Assembly: GCA_000146045.2 (NCBI GenBank)
Contig: BK006948.2
Span: forward strand, 288,001-352,000
Length of the DNA stretch: 64,000 nt
Source of the DNA: TPA_inf: Saccharomyces
Taxonomy: Eukaryota
Direction: 5' to 3'
How positions within the stretch are numbered: position 1 is the first letter of the stretch; every line of letters starts with the position of its first letter. Position numbers and translations under genes: made by a program. The notes beneath the pieces are model-generated. The model made no database searches. It was not told where the DNA came from and saw only the letters and a program-made list of their open reading frames with translations. Shown here in pieces: positions 25,078-36,364 of this stretch.

Positions 25078-27387
25078 TTAAAACCTCCAATTTTCATCTA
25101 CCGATTCTATGGCCCATTTGAATTTTTCTCTTAGGGTTTTTGTAAAAATCTTTTCAATCGGAACATCATACTTTTTGCAAAATACCACAGAAAGTCTAGG
25201 GTCTATATAATTGATTTTGGAAGTGCCCAGTGAAACCTGGGAGTTTTCCTCTTTATCTTTCAACTGAATGGAACTAGTTTGGATACGCTGTTCTAATTTC
25301 TCTACTTGTGCTTTTATTTTTTCGACTGAATTCCAACTTGATTTCAGTTCCACTTCACCGGTTTTCAATTCCTTTTCGAATTCTTGTTTCTTTTCGTCGA
25401 CTTTCTCCAACCATTCCTTCAATTGACTTTCCGGCAATAATTCTTCCTTTTCAAATTTCCTCTTATCGTTCTCCCTAACAAATTTTCGCTGATATTTTTC
25501 AATTTCTCTATCAATAATTCTCTTGTGAATGGTGGCTTCATCTTCTTTCGTCAAATCGTCGATTTCTTCGAAATATTTTGGCTCTTTCTTTAAAAGATCC
25601 TTATCCAATTGTAAAATGGCCCTCTTGCAACGAATCTTTTGCCATTCCAACTCTTGTATTCTATTATTGGCCTTTTCCACTGTTTGTGCATGCCCCTTCG
25701 TGACAGTCCTTTGATGGTTACATAGGATGGCTACAGTTCTATTTGCTGCGTTGTACTTCAATATTTTCTCTGCGACAGATCCTTTATTTGGAATTAGATC
25801 CAGTTGATCTTGCATTGTTTTGGAAGCATTATATGTACGGAAAACTTTAGCAGTCAATCCCGGCATGTAGTTTTGTAGATATTTGTTCAGTATAGATGGA
25901 TCTAGACGATCAAACAGTTGATGTCCTGGCTGTTTGGGCGGCCTTTTAAAAATTGTCAAATTTTTGAAAACTTGTTTGTCAACTTCTACCTCTTGATAAA
26001 ATCTAATAGAATCCTTACCTAAGAAATCAAAGATAACAGTATTCGGAGGTTTCAAAGTAACATGCTCATATCGCAATGAACAACAACCCACAGTATCGGC
26101 TTCATCTTCGGATTTTTCACCACCGGCTCTTAAAGCGAATACATCGATCAAATAAATGGCTACGGCCTTTTGGCGCTCTAGCATAACTTTGCTTTTCAAA
26201 TTTCTCGTGTAATCCCTTCTGATGGCATCGATATAGGATTTCAATTGTCTCGCCTTTTCAAACTTCTTGTAGTCACTTTGACCCTTCAATGAAGAGTTCG
26301 CTGCCAATCTGACGTATTTGAATGAGTTGAAAATATTCTCTCTCCACATGGCTAACCATTGAACGGTATTGTCGTGTCTGATTTCACCCCACTTGTGCCC
26401 TTCTGGGGCTGGCGGAACGGGTGCGTCTTTACTTAGATTTAAAACGATATCCTCAGGATTCACTCTTCTCTTCAATTTGCCTGTTTTTGGGTGAGCGCCA
26501 CGACCTCTAAATAGATCAGGAGGTTCAACCTTGAAATTCCCTACTTGTTCCCTTCTGCCATCTAATTCACAGAATTTATAATCTTCCTCGAATTTTTCTC
26601 TTTCCAAACGAATCTGTTTCTTTTCTTGGGAAGTCAGTTGCTTTTTCTGTTCTTTTTGTAACTGGAAGTAATCAAACATTTTGGTGAAATCGCAACGAGA
26701 AAATTCCTTTATCTCAATTCCATTGAGGGGACCACCACTTTCTTTCAGTACTTGCAAGAAATCATTGAAGAAGTTCTTTTGGAAAACAGGATTTTTGGCA
26801 TGATCACTCTCTAATAGGGCAGCAAAGAACCCGGCTACTTCTTCAGCTTGCGGAGGTAAATCTACTGGCTTCCCATCGTAATATAATTTGATGTGAGATG
26901 GTAAGGGCTGGTATGGTGGAGGGAATATAACACCGTTATGCTTCAGTGTGACCCATTTTATGGTGTCATCTTCGTTTTCTTTTTCCCACCATTTATATTC
27001 TTCCTCCTCCTCCTTCGCTTTCTTGTCCTCCTCTTCTTCTTCTTCTCGTTTCTTTTTTTCGTTCTCCTGTTCTTCCTTTTTAGTTGTTTTTACCTTTACA
27101 TCACCATCTTCTTTCTTGATTTTTTTAGGCTTTGATGTCGCGCTTTTCTTTGCTGGAGGCGATGGTAATGACGACGATTGCACTGGTTCGGTCTTTATTT
27201 TCTTAGTCTTTTTCTTGGAAATCTTAGAGATTGCCTCATCACTATCATAAGGTTCCGCTTCGTCTTGAAGAGAGGCAGAGTTCATGGACGCCACCTTTCT
27301 TTTTTTTAAAGTTTGAGATAATGGCACATCGTCATCGTCATCAGAAGACAACTCATGATTAACTTTGGAAGCATCAGCAATAGTCAT
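25078..27387 (-). CDS. TOP1: DNA topoisomerase I
   Basis: Type IB topoisomerase with an active-site Tyr region near the C-terminus (…[11 protein letters not shown]…) and a K/E-rich N-terminal domain. The known protein (769 aa) starts MTIADAS at 27387. The ORF is open in frame 5 codons further, to 27402. Confidence 0.95.
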
Positions 27388-27621
27388 TTTTACGCGTTTC
27401 AAGTTTCGAGCTCTGCCCTCCCTTTAGATTTTTTTTATTTGCTGTTTTAATACTATAAGAATAGGACTCAGGTAATTAGAGTAACAGAGAAAACAAAAAA
27501 GAATATTGCGCTCGTGTTAGTGTTGAAACAAAAAAATACAGTTGTTCTTTACGTGCATCGATCATATAAGAAAAGGGAAAAAAGCCGTAAAGTAAAAAAA
27601 TAAAGAGCTTTCCATGGCTGG

Positions 27622-27648
27622 TTTTTTTTCTTTTTTTTTTTTTTTTTT
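27622..27648. promoter_or_regulatory. Long poly(dT) tract (8 T, C, 18 T), ~235 bp upstream of the TOP1 ATG; a likely nucleosome-excluding promoter element
   Basis: gttttttttcttttttttttttttttttga. Poly(dA:dT) tracts are established nucleosome-depleting promoter elements in yeast. Assigning it to TOP1 rather than the RPB11 3' end is my inference. Confidence 0.5.
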
Positions 27649-27812
27649 GAAGACTACAGCAGGTATTACCCGGAGTGAAAAAGGTTTCTCACACTAAAAT
27701 TTACGTGTTCAAGACATTGAAGTTATGTATAAATATATATGAGCGTATATTATGTGTATGTCCGTTTCCATTCTGTTTAGATTTTATGGCTATAGTATTA
27801 AACTCCTATATA

Positions 27813-28175
27813 TCAAAATGCGTCGTCGGCGGCTAGAGTTTGCAGGTTCCACTCGGTTTCGAAATTTGTCTTCAGGGCGCCAAGCTTGTTAATGATGCTG
27901 TTACAGGCGTTTTTCAAGGCATCCTTCGGGTCGTAGCCCTCGGTGGTCTGTATTCTCAGCTTGAAACGAGCGAAGAAGGGATGCTCAACCTTGTAAGCGG
28001 CAAACAGCACTTTTCTGTCGTTCAGAAGTTCTGCACGAATCAGGTTTCCCAACGTGTGGTCCTCCTTCTCAAACGTTATCACTACTGCGTTGGGGGCTTT
28101 GGTGTCGGGGTCAATCTTTAGCTTGGATTCCCCTTCACCCAGAAGGAACAGTTCGAATCTGTCTGGAGCATTCAT
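27813..28175 (-). CDS. RPB11: RNA polymerase II subunit B12.5 (Rpb11)
   Basis: 120-aa ORF with the RpoL/Rpb11 dimerisation fold (…[29 protein letters not shown]…). Confidence 0.95.
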
Positions 28176-28417
28176 GATGCAGTTGTGTCCAAATGTATCT
28201 GGTTTGGTGGCTACGTAGCTATCTATTTAGGCTGCACGGCTCAGTTCTCTCGCTCTTCTTTTAACGGACCTCTTGTGTGTGCCAAAGCAGTGAACCTAGA
28301 ATTTTCGCGGACACTTCCACTTTATTAAGTCCGGGTAATGATAATATTGAGCTTGCAAGTTTTTTGAACTCGGATAGCAGCATTATCCATGACATGACAC
28401 GGATCTACCGACGAGGC

Positions 28418-28455
28418 TTACCGACGAGGCTTACCGACGAGGCTTACCGTGATCC
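28418..28455. repeat. Three tandem copies of a 12-bp unit (CGAGGCTTACCGA) in the RPB11–SIN3 intergenic region
   Basis: ccgacgaggcttaccgacgaggcttaccgacgaggcttaccg, read directly. Confidence 0.85.
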
Positions 28456-28937
28456 CTCTCCAGTAGTCTGTAAATTCTGTTTATAATTTAAAAAATCTAT
28501 CTTCTACTCCAGTCTTGTAACTACTGTTGTTACGCGCTGCCCAGAGTGTGGCACACACTGCGGGGTTACCCGTGTAACGTAGAATAAACCAGTACGGGTA
28601 ATGATATCGGATTTTCTAGTGATTTTTTTCCATTCGCAAAAAAGTCGCCTTCATTTTGCAGTTCTTCAGCAAACGTGATTTGCAAAACAACGGTTACTCC
28701 CCTTCCCTATTACATTTGTCTTCCCTTTTTCGCACCAGCATTGCTAATATTCGAGGCACCGTACCTAACTAATCAGCTCATTCACGTACCACATATTCTT
28801 TGTTACTTCCCTCCCTCCACAACAGGCTACGCTATTGACCGCTTTCAGTATAGTCTCTTTACCCTTTTGTTGTGTTCGTTTGAGGTTATTTGGAAAAGGA
28901 CAAAATATCTAAGAAACAAGTTATACATTGTACAAAA

Positions 28938-31900
28938 ATGTCACAGGTTTGGCATAATTCGAATTCGCAATCAAACGATGTGGCTACTTCAAATGACGCT
29001 ACGGGTTCCAACGAAAGAAACGAAAAAGAACCGTCCCTCCAGGGAAATAAGCCCGGTTTTGTTCAACAGCAGCAACGGATTACTTTACCCTCGCTATCTG
29101 CCTTGAGTACTAAGGAGGAAGATAGAAGAGATTCCAATGGCCAACAGGCTCTAACTTCTCATGCTGCTCACATATTAGGTTATCCTCCCCCACATTCAAA
29201 TGCTATGCCCTCAATTGCAACTGATTCAGCATTGAAACAGCCCCACGAGTATCACCCTCGCCCTAAATCTTCGTCCTCTTCTCCCTCTATAAACGCTTCG
29301 CTTATGAATGCTGGTCCAGCTCCCCTCCCCACAGTGGGAGCCGCCAGTTTTTCTTTGTCGAGATTTGACAATCCATTACCGATAAAAGCTCCTGTTCATA
29401 CAGAGGAACCAAAAAGTTATAATGGTCTTCAGGAAGAAGAAAAGGCGACGCAACGGCCTCAAGATTGCAAGGAAGTTCCCGCTGGTGTGCAGCCTGCTGA
29501 TGCCCCTGACCCTAGCAGCAACCATGCAGATGCTAACGATGACAATAATAACAACGAAAATTCTCACGATGAAGATGCTGACTACAGACCTCTAAACGTG
29601 AAGGATGCCCTATCTTACCTCGAACAGGTCAAATTTCAATTTAGTTCGCGTCCGGATATCTATAATTTATTTTTAGATATTATGAAGGACTTTAAATCTC
29701 AGGCAATAGACACACCGGGCGTTATTGAAAGAGTATCCACTTTGTTCAGAGGTTATCCAATTTTGATTCAAGGGTTCAATACTTTTCTACCCCAAGGCTA
29801 TAGAATCGAATGCTCCTCTAATCCGGACGACCCCATTAGAGTTACTACACCAATGGGTACTACGACAGTAAACAATAACATCAGTCCATCTGGTAGAGGT
29901 ACAACGGATGCACAGGAACTTGGTTCTTTTCCAGAAAGCGATGGAAATGGTGTTCAACAGCCCTCCAATGTGCCAATGGTGCCTTCGAGTGTGTATCAAT
30001 CGGAACAAAACCAAGACCAACAACAATCTTTGCCTCTTTTAGCTACTTCTTCTGGTTTACCTTCAATTCAACAACCTGAAATGCCTGCACATCGCCAAAT
30101 CCCACAAAGTCAATCTTTAGTGCCTCAAGAAGATGCTAAGAAAAACGTTGATGTCGAATTTAGTCAAGCCATAAGCTACGTTAATAAAATTAAAACTAGA
30201 TTTGCCGACCAACCTGATATTTACAAGCATTTTCTGGAAATACTACAAACTTATCAGCGAGAGCAAAAGCCAATAAACGAAGTCTACGCACAAGTGACGC
30301 ATCTTTTCCAAAATGCTCCTGATTTACTAGAAGATTTCAAGAAATTCTTGCCGGACTCTTCAGCTTCTGCCAATCAGCAGGTGCAACATGCTCAGCAACA
30401 TGCTCAACAACAACATGAGGCCCAAATGCATGCACAGGCACAAGCTCAGGCTCAGGCACAGGCACAGGTGGAACAACAGAAGCAGCAACAGCAATTCTTG
30501 TATCCAGCTTCGGGCTATTACGGCCATCCTTCTAACCGAGGTATTCCACAGCAAAACTTGCCTCCTATAGGAAGCTTCTCGCCTCCAACAAACGGTTCGA
30601 CCGTACATGAAGCCTATCAGGATCAACAGCACATGCAACCACCCCACTTCATGCCCTTACCATCGATCGTTCAACACGGGCCAAATATGGTACATCAAGG
30701 GATAGCGAATGAAAATCCACCTCTATCAGATCTAAGAACGTCTCTCACTGAACAGTACGCTCCTTCTAGTATACAACATCAGCAGCAGCACCCGCAAAGT
30801 ATTAGTCCTATAGCAAATACGCAGTATGGTGATATCCCTGTTAGACCGGAAATTGATTTAGATCCTAGCATTGTGCCTGTGGTCCCTGAACCCACTGAGC
30901 CCATCGAAAACAATATATCGCTTAATGAGGAAGTCACTTTCTTCGAAAAGGCCAAGAGGTATATCGGCAATAAACATTTATACACTGAGTTTTTGAAAAT
31001 TTTAAATTTGTACTCTCAAGATATACTTGATCTTGACGATTTAGTGGAAAAGGTAGATTTCTACTTGGGTTCCAATAAAGAACTATTTACGTGGTTCAAA
31101 AACTTTGTTGGCTACCAAGAAAAAACCAAATGTATCGAGAATATTGTTCATGAAAAACATAGATTGGATTTAGATTTATGTGAGGCATTTGGCCCAAGTT
31201 ACAAGAGGCTACCAAAAAGTGACACTTTCATGCCATGCTCAGGTAGGGATGATATGTGTTGGGAAGTCTTGAACGATGAATGGGTTGGACATCCTGTATG
31301 GGCTTCCGAAGATTCGGGATTTATTGCTCATCGTAAAAACCAGTATGAGGAAACACTATTCAAGATCGAAGAGGAAAGACATGAGTATGATTTTTACATT
31401 GAATCAAATTTAAGAACTATTCAATGTTTGGAAACAATTGTAAATAAGATCGAGAACATGACTGAGAATGAAAAAGCCAATTTTAAACTGCCTCCAGGTC
31501 TTGGCCATACTTCAATGACTATTTATAAAAAAGTGATAAGGAAAGTTTATGATAAGGAAAGGGGGTTCGAGATTATTGATGCTTTGCATGAGCACCCTGC
31601 AGTGACAGCCCCAGTCGTTCTGAAAAGGTTAAAGCAAAAAGACGAAGAATGGAGAAGAGCTCAACGTGAATGGAATAAAGTTTGGAGGGAGTTAGAACAG
31701 AAGGTTTTTTTCAAGTCATTAGATCATTTAGGCTTAACATTTAAACAGGCTGACAAGAAATTATTAACTACAAAGCAGTTGATATCAGAGATTAGCAGCA
31801 TCAAAGTTGATCAAACAAACAAAAAAATTCACTGGTTAACTCCTAAACCAAAGAGCCAGTTAGATTTTGATTTCCCTGATAAAAACATTTTCTATGATAT

Positions 31901-33548
31901 CTTGTGTTTGGCTGACACTTTTATAACCCATACCACAGCCTATTCTAATCCCGATAAAGAAAGATTGAAAGATTTACTAAAATACTTCATCTCTTTGTTT
32001 TTTTCTATTTCTTTCGAAAAAATCGAAGAATCGTTGTACTCCCATAAGCAAAACGTGTCAGAATCTAGCGGATCTGACGATGGCAGTTCTATTGCATCAA
32101 GGAAGAGGCCCTATCAACAAGAAATGAGTTTACTTGATATTTTACACAGGAGCAGATATCAAAAGCTAAAGCGTTCTAATGATGAAGATGGCAAAGTTCC
32201 CCAGCTCTCTGAACCACCCGAAGAAGAACCTAATACCATTGAGGAGGAAGAGCTCATCGATGAAGAAGCTAAAAATCCGTGGCTAACTGGGAATTTAGTG
32301 GAGGAAGCAAACTCTCAGGGTATTATCCAAAATCGCAGTATTTTTAATCTATTCGCTAATACGAATATTTACATATTTTTCCGTCATTGGACAACGATTT
32401 ATGAGCGGCTTTTGGAAATTAAGCAAATGAATGAAAGGGTCACAAAGGAAATCAACACAAGGTCGACAGTTACTTTTGCCAAAGATCTAGATTTATTATC
32501 GAGTCAACTTTCCGAAATGGGACTAGATTTTGTTGGTGAAGACGCGTACAAACAGGTTTTAAGACTGAGTAGAAGGTTGATTAATGGGGATCTTGAACAT
32601 CAGTGGTTTGAAGAGAGTTTGCGGCAAGCTTACAATAACAAAGCGTTTAAACTCTATACAATTGATAAAGTCACCCAATCGTTGGTAAAGCATGCTCATA
32701 CCTTGATGACTGACGCTAAAACTGCGGAAATAATGGCTTTGTTCGTTAAAGATAGAAATGCCTCCACCACGAGTGCGAAGGACCAAATTATCTATCGCTT
32801 GCAGGTGCGCTCACATATGTCCAACACAGAAAATATGTTTAGAATAGAGTTTGATAAAAGAACTCTGCATGTTTCCATTCAATATATTGCACTTGATGAT
32901 TTGACACTAAAGGAACCAAAGGCAGACGAAGATAAATGGAAATATTATGTAACATCGTATGCTCTGCCACATCCAACAGAAGGCATTCCGCACGAGAAAC
33001 TGAAGATACCATTTTTGGAAAGGCTCATCGAATTTGGACAAGATATTGATGGAACAGAGGTAGATGAGGAGTTTTCCCCCGAAGGCATCTCTGTATCGAC
33101 ATTGAAAATTAAGATCCAGCCTATAACCTACCAACTGCATATTGAAAACGGGTCTTACGATGTTTTTACCCGTAAGGCTACTAACAAATATCCTACTATT
33201 GCTAATGATAATACTCAAAAAGGAATGGTTTCTCAGAAGAAGGAGTTGATATCAAAATTTCTAGACTGTGCAGTTGGTTTGAGAAATAATTTAGATGAGG
33301 CTCAAAAATTAAGTATGCAAAAAAAATGGGAGAACCTAAAAGACAGCATAGCAAAGACGAGTGCTGGAAACCAGGGAATAGAGAGTGAAACCGAAAAAGG
33401 TAAAATTACGAAACAGGAGCAGTCGGATAATTTGGACAGCTCTACTGCAAGTGTACTGCCTGCATCCATTACTACTGTACCACAAGATGATAATATAGAA
33501 ACGACTGGGAATACTGAATCTTCAGACAAGGGGGCTAAGATTCAATAA
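28938..33548 (+). CDS. SIN3: Histone-deacetylase co-repressor scaffold Sin3 (PAH domains, HDAC-interaction domain)
   Basis: 1536-aa protein starting MSQVWHNSNSQS at 28938. The ORF is open upstream to 28890. It has four paired-amphipathic-helix repeats (…FLDIMKDFKSQAI…, …FLEILQTYQRE…, …FLKILNLYSQD…) and a Q-rich AQ repeat. Confidence 0.95.
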   Translation: MSQVWHNSNSQSNDVATSNDATGSNERNEKEPSLQGNKPGFVQQQQRITLPSLSALSTKEEDRRDSNGQQALTSHAAHILGYPPPHSNAMPSIATDSALKQPHEYHPRPKSSSSSPSINASLMNAGPAPLPTVGAASFSLSRFDNPLPIKAPVHTEEPKSYNGLQEEEKATQRPQDCKEVPAGVQPADAPDPSSNHADANDDNNNNENSHDEDADYRPLNVKDALSYLEQVKFQFSSRPDIYNLFLDIMKDFKSQAIDTPGVIERVSTLFRGYPILIQGFNTFLPQGYRIECSSNPDDPIRVTTPMGTTTVNNNISPSGRGTTDAQELGSFPESDGNGVQQPSNVPMVPSSVYQSEQNQDQQQSLPLLATSSGLPSIQQPEMPAHRQIPQSQSLVPQEDAKKNVDVEFSQAISYVNKIKTRFADQPDIYKHFLEILQTYQREQKPINEVYAQVTHLFQNAPDLLEDFKKFLPDSSASANQQVQHAQQHAQQQHEAQMHAQAQAQAQAQAQVEQQKQQQQFLYPASGYYGHPSNRGIPQQNLPPIGSFSPPTNGSTVHEAYQDQQHMQPPHFMPLPSIVQHGPNMVHQGIANENPPLSDLRTSLTEQYAPSSIQHQQQHPQSISPIANTQYGDIPVRPEIDLDPSIVPVVPEPTEPIENNISLNEEVTFFEKAKRYIGNKHLYTEFLKILNLYSQDILDLDDLVEKVDFYLGSNKELFTWFKNFVGYQEKTKCIENIVHEKHRLDLDLCEAFGPSYKRLPKSDTFMPCSGRDDMCWEVLNDEWVGHPVWASEDSGFIAHRKNQYEETLFKIEEERHEYDFYIESNLRTIQCLETIVNKIENMTENEKANFKLPPGLGHTSMTIYKKVIRKVYDKERGFEIIDALHEHPAVTAPVVLKRLKQKDEEWRRAQREWNKVWRELEQKVFFKSLDHLGLTFKQADKKLLTTKQLISEISSIKVDQTNKKIHWLTPKPKSQLDFDFPDKNIFYDILCLADTFITHTTAYSNPDKERLKDLLKYFISLFFSISFEKIEESLYSHKQNVSESSGSDDGSSIASRKRPYQQEMSLLDILHRSRYQKLKRSNDEDGKVPQLSEPPEEEPNTIEEEELIDEEAKNPWLTGNLVEEANSQGIIQNRSIFNLFANTNIYIFFRHWTTIYERLLEIKQMNERVTKEINTRSTVTFAKDLDLLSSQLSEMGLDFVGEDAYKQVLRLSRRLINGDLEHQWFEESLRQAYNNKAFKLYTIDKVTQSLVKHAHTLMTDAKTAEIMALFVKDRNASTTSAKDQIIYRLQVRSHMSNTENMFRIEFDKRTLHVSIQYIALDDLTLKEPKADEDKWKYYVTSYALPHPTEGIPHEKLKIPFLERLIEFGQDIDGTEVDEEFSPEGISVSTLKIKIQPITYQLHIENGSYDVFTRKATNKYPTIANDNTQKGMVSQKKELISKFLDCAVGLRNNLDEAQKLSMQKKWENLKDSIAKTSAGNQGIESETEKGKITKQEQSDNLDSSTASVLPASITTVPQDDNIETTGNTESSDKGAKIQ

Positions 33549-33857
33549 GTAGTTTTAACTAGATTTAGAACAAAAATCTTTAGTACGACAGGGTCTTTCT
33601 TCTGATGTGTACCTTTAATTAATGTCAACGATATAACATTGTAATTTTAAAATTCTAAGTGTTTTTGAAGCTTTTTAAGACACATCGATCTTTCCATAAA
33701 GGAAGAAGTGATAACATGCAGTGGTTATATTTGTGTACTCATACACTGGTGCATGAATCTTTTTACACGTCATTAGCATAGTATGTAATCGAAAGGACAC
33801 TATTTATAAGGGACAGTTTATACATACATATACTTGATATTCCCATGAATGAGTATT

Positions 33858-34994
33858 CTATTCCATATCAACATCCACTCCAAAATCGTCTAGTGATTCA
33901 CCCCAGTCGTTGTACCACTTCTCACGAGAAGCATGTCTGCCATTTTGAGGAAGTCTGGTCCTTATTAGCTGTTCGCCACTTTCATTACGCATCTCTATTG
34001 TTGAGCTGCCATGATTGAAGACGGTGTTTGTTTTACCTCCATCTGGTGGCCAGGGAAGTGAAAGGATGTGGTCTTCCAATGAGGAGTTAGCCTCATATTT
34101 TGAAATACCGTTTTTTGGAAAATTGTTCCCATCTCCCGTAGGAACACCATATGGCCATAACCATAAATGAATGGGACCAAGGTACAGTAATGCATTAGTG
34201 TACAAATCAAAATCGTAAGGGAAATTTACAAGTTCATCAAAACGTGGCCTTTTTTTTGTCAAGTGTTCCTCAGCATCCTTTTTATTTTGAAACGACCTCG
34301 ACTCTGGATATATTCTCCAAGTATTATCAATTAATTTCTGAGTTAATCTTCCGGAGTTGAACAAAGATTCTAGCCGATCCATATCCCACGACTCAATTTG
34401 AGATCTTCCATTCAAGATTTGATTGAATAAACATCGTAGGAAAAGAATTGTTATCGTTAGTAGGACAAAAGAATTTAAAGGACTCGATATTGTTAAGAAA
34501 ATCAGTTCTGATTTTTTGAAGAAGTAGCCAGGCAAGTGCCTTTGTTGCCAAATAAAATATATCCGCTTAGCTTGTATGCAAAATAAAACACTAGTCGTCA
34601 CTATGATCCAAAATAAGAATCTAAGGAAATGCGGATAGTTTGCAAAGCCGACGCAATTCATCGTCCACGGACAATGATGATCCATCATTAGGACGCATTG
34701 ATTGCAGGTTTTACAATGATGTGAACGTTCTGGCTTATAACTTTGGCACTTCTTACAGAAATTCCGCCAGATATCAGGGGGTGGTTTGTAGTTGGGCAAA
34801 GGCCTTCCTGGATTTGTGCAGATGGCCAAGTAATAGGAGAGCCATATCATTGACAAACAGAACTCAAATGTTATTTGTTTCGGAACTGACAAGAAATTGG
34901 ATAAAATAAAGTAGTGTGCACCATAGCCTATAAATGAAATCAGAAACGTTGGTATAGCAATTCCTAACCAAGGCCACCTTAACTTTACTGGCAT
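33858..34994 (-). CDS. PFA4: DHHC palmitoyltransferase
   Basis: 378-aa ORF with TM helices and a DHHC-CRD (CKKCQSYKPERSHHCKTCNQCVLMMDHHCPW). Length matches PFA4 (YOL003C). Confidence 0.9.
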   Translation of the reverse strand: MPVKLRWPWLGIAIPTFLISFIGYGAHYFILSNFLSVPKQITFEFCLSMIWLSYYLAICTNPGRPLPNYKPPPDIWRNFCKKCQSYKPERSHHCKTCNQCVLMMDHHCPWTMNCVGFANYPHFLRFLFWIIVTTSVLFCIQAKRIYFIWQQRHLPGYFFKKSELIFLTISSPLNSFVLLTITILFLRCLFNQILNGRSQIESWDMDRLESLFNSGRLTQKLIDNTWRIYPESRSFQNKKDAEEHLTKKRPRFDELVNFPYDFDLYTNALLYLGPIHLWLWPYGVPTGDGNNFPKNGISKYEANSSLEDHILSLPWPPDGGKTNTVFNHGSSTIEMRNESGEQLIRTRLPQNGRHASREKWYNDWGESLDDFGVDVDME

Positions 34995-35410
34995 GGTTTA
35001 ACGATCAACTCAGTTTTTAAAATTCATGTTATACACCATCACCACAATGTAGGGACGATAATTATCGTATCTCAGATCCGCTATTTTTCATAAGCGCGTA
35101 GTAAGAGAGGTAGGTTTAACAGGATAATAAAAATATACATGAGACAGCCAATAAATAGTGGAAATAAGCCGTATTTTAAATTGAGAGCTCTTAGTAAGAA
35201 AAATGTTCCTCTGAGACGCTAAAGTCGTGTATATTTCATATGAGAAAGTGCACAAATCCTGCTTCCCTTCTATCTGGGAATTTCTTTTCTATATTTGAAC
35301 ATATTATTGTAAGGGCCTTTTTCTTTATTCTCTTCTCACATATAAGAACCATTTTATTATTTTAACTTTAAAACTACTTTCTATATAAATCCTACGTTTT
35401 TTCCAAATAT

Positions 35411-36364
35411 CTAGGAGACAATCCCGTTCTCCATCTTTATATGGACTAACTCATAACTATTTAATAAACCTCTCAAGTGGCACAATGCCGCAATAACAAC
35501 TAGAAAATGGAAAAGTTGGTGAGAATGACCCCAAATATCAAATTTACCGGGGCAAATCTTTTCAGGAAACCGCATTCCATAAAGAACAGCGCCAATTATA
35601 TATAGGACACCCCCAAGTAATACCCAAAAGAGCTGAATTTGGGTCCAAATTTCTGAAAAACTATAGCAGTAAAGGCCGCTGAATATTGGAATAATTGAGG
35701 ATAAACCAAAACAAACAAATAGCCCAGCTCTGTAAGGTCTCCACTCTCTTTTCCGAAACTTATCTTTTAGTGACACAATACTACACGCGATCCCAAAGCT
35801 AACGGTAATAAGCGCAAATAGGCAAAATAGGGAAAATTTCTCAAAATAGCCGTAGTACAAAATACTGACCATTGACGTAACAATCAATATACAAATACCA
35901 AGGTAGTCCAACTTATTTCCTAAGGTAGCAATTCTTAAGGAGTGACTCTTTAGACAATGAAAGGAGCTACTCAATATTAAACATGCAAACGCCCCCGAAT
36001 AAAAGAGGTCGATTACCATATGATCTAGCCATGTAGTTGTTGCAAACACTTTGATAGTAGATTTATCTAGCAACAGTACAGTGAAGAACCCGAGAGCAGG
36101 AATTAAATGTGAATAAATATTGACACTTTCATTATGCAAATAAAACAAACTTTTAAAAGTTTCAATGAAGCTACTAGTTTCTTTCACGTATCCATGTAAA
36201 ATAAAATCATTGTCTCTTTGCCATTCCGGAATTTCATCCCAACTATATAGCCTTCTTAGTACTTTTTTAGCTTTAGCGACCTCTGCGGGATTTGCGGATG
36301 TTTTCCCTGCAGCTCTCTTCTTCAGCTCTTGCACACTCTTAGTCCTTTCTAATAAAGTTGACAT
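35411..36364 (-). CDS. IZH2: PAQR-family (adiponectin-receptor-like) membrane protein
   Basis: Seven TM helices and the conserved HGY / H…H PAQR motifs (…SFHCLKSHS…, HSHQLFH). The known 317-aa protein starts MSTLLERTK at 36364. The ORF is open to 36394. Confidence 0.85.
   Translation of the reverse strand: MSTLLERTKSVQELKKRAAGKTSANPAEVAKAKKVLRRLYSWDEIPEWQRDNDFILHGYVKETSSFIETFKSLFYLHNESVNIYSHLIPALGFFTVLLLDKSTIKVFATTTWLDHMVIDLFYSGAFACLILSSSFHCLKSHSLRIATLGNKLDYLGICILIVTSMVSILYYGYFEKFSLFCLFALITVSFGIACSIVSLKDKFRKREWRPYRAGLFVCFGLSSIIPIFSGLYCYSFSEIWTQIQLFWVLLGGVLYIIGAVLYGMRFPEKICPGKFDIWGHSHQLFHFLVVIAALCHLRGLLNSYELVHIKMENGIVS

Noticed and set aside
26938-27250. Two overlapping plus-strand ORFs, F/L/S-rich
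   Set aside because: Antisense to the Lys/Glu-rich N-terminal region of TOP1. Low-complexity artefact.
28675-29106. 143-aa ORF upstream of and overlapping the SIN3 start
   Set aside because: It sits in the SIN3 5' region in a different frame, with no domain signature. Likely a chance ORF.
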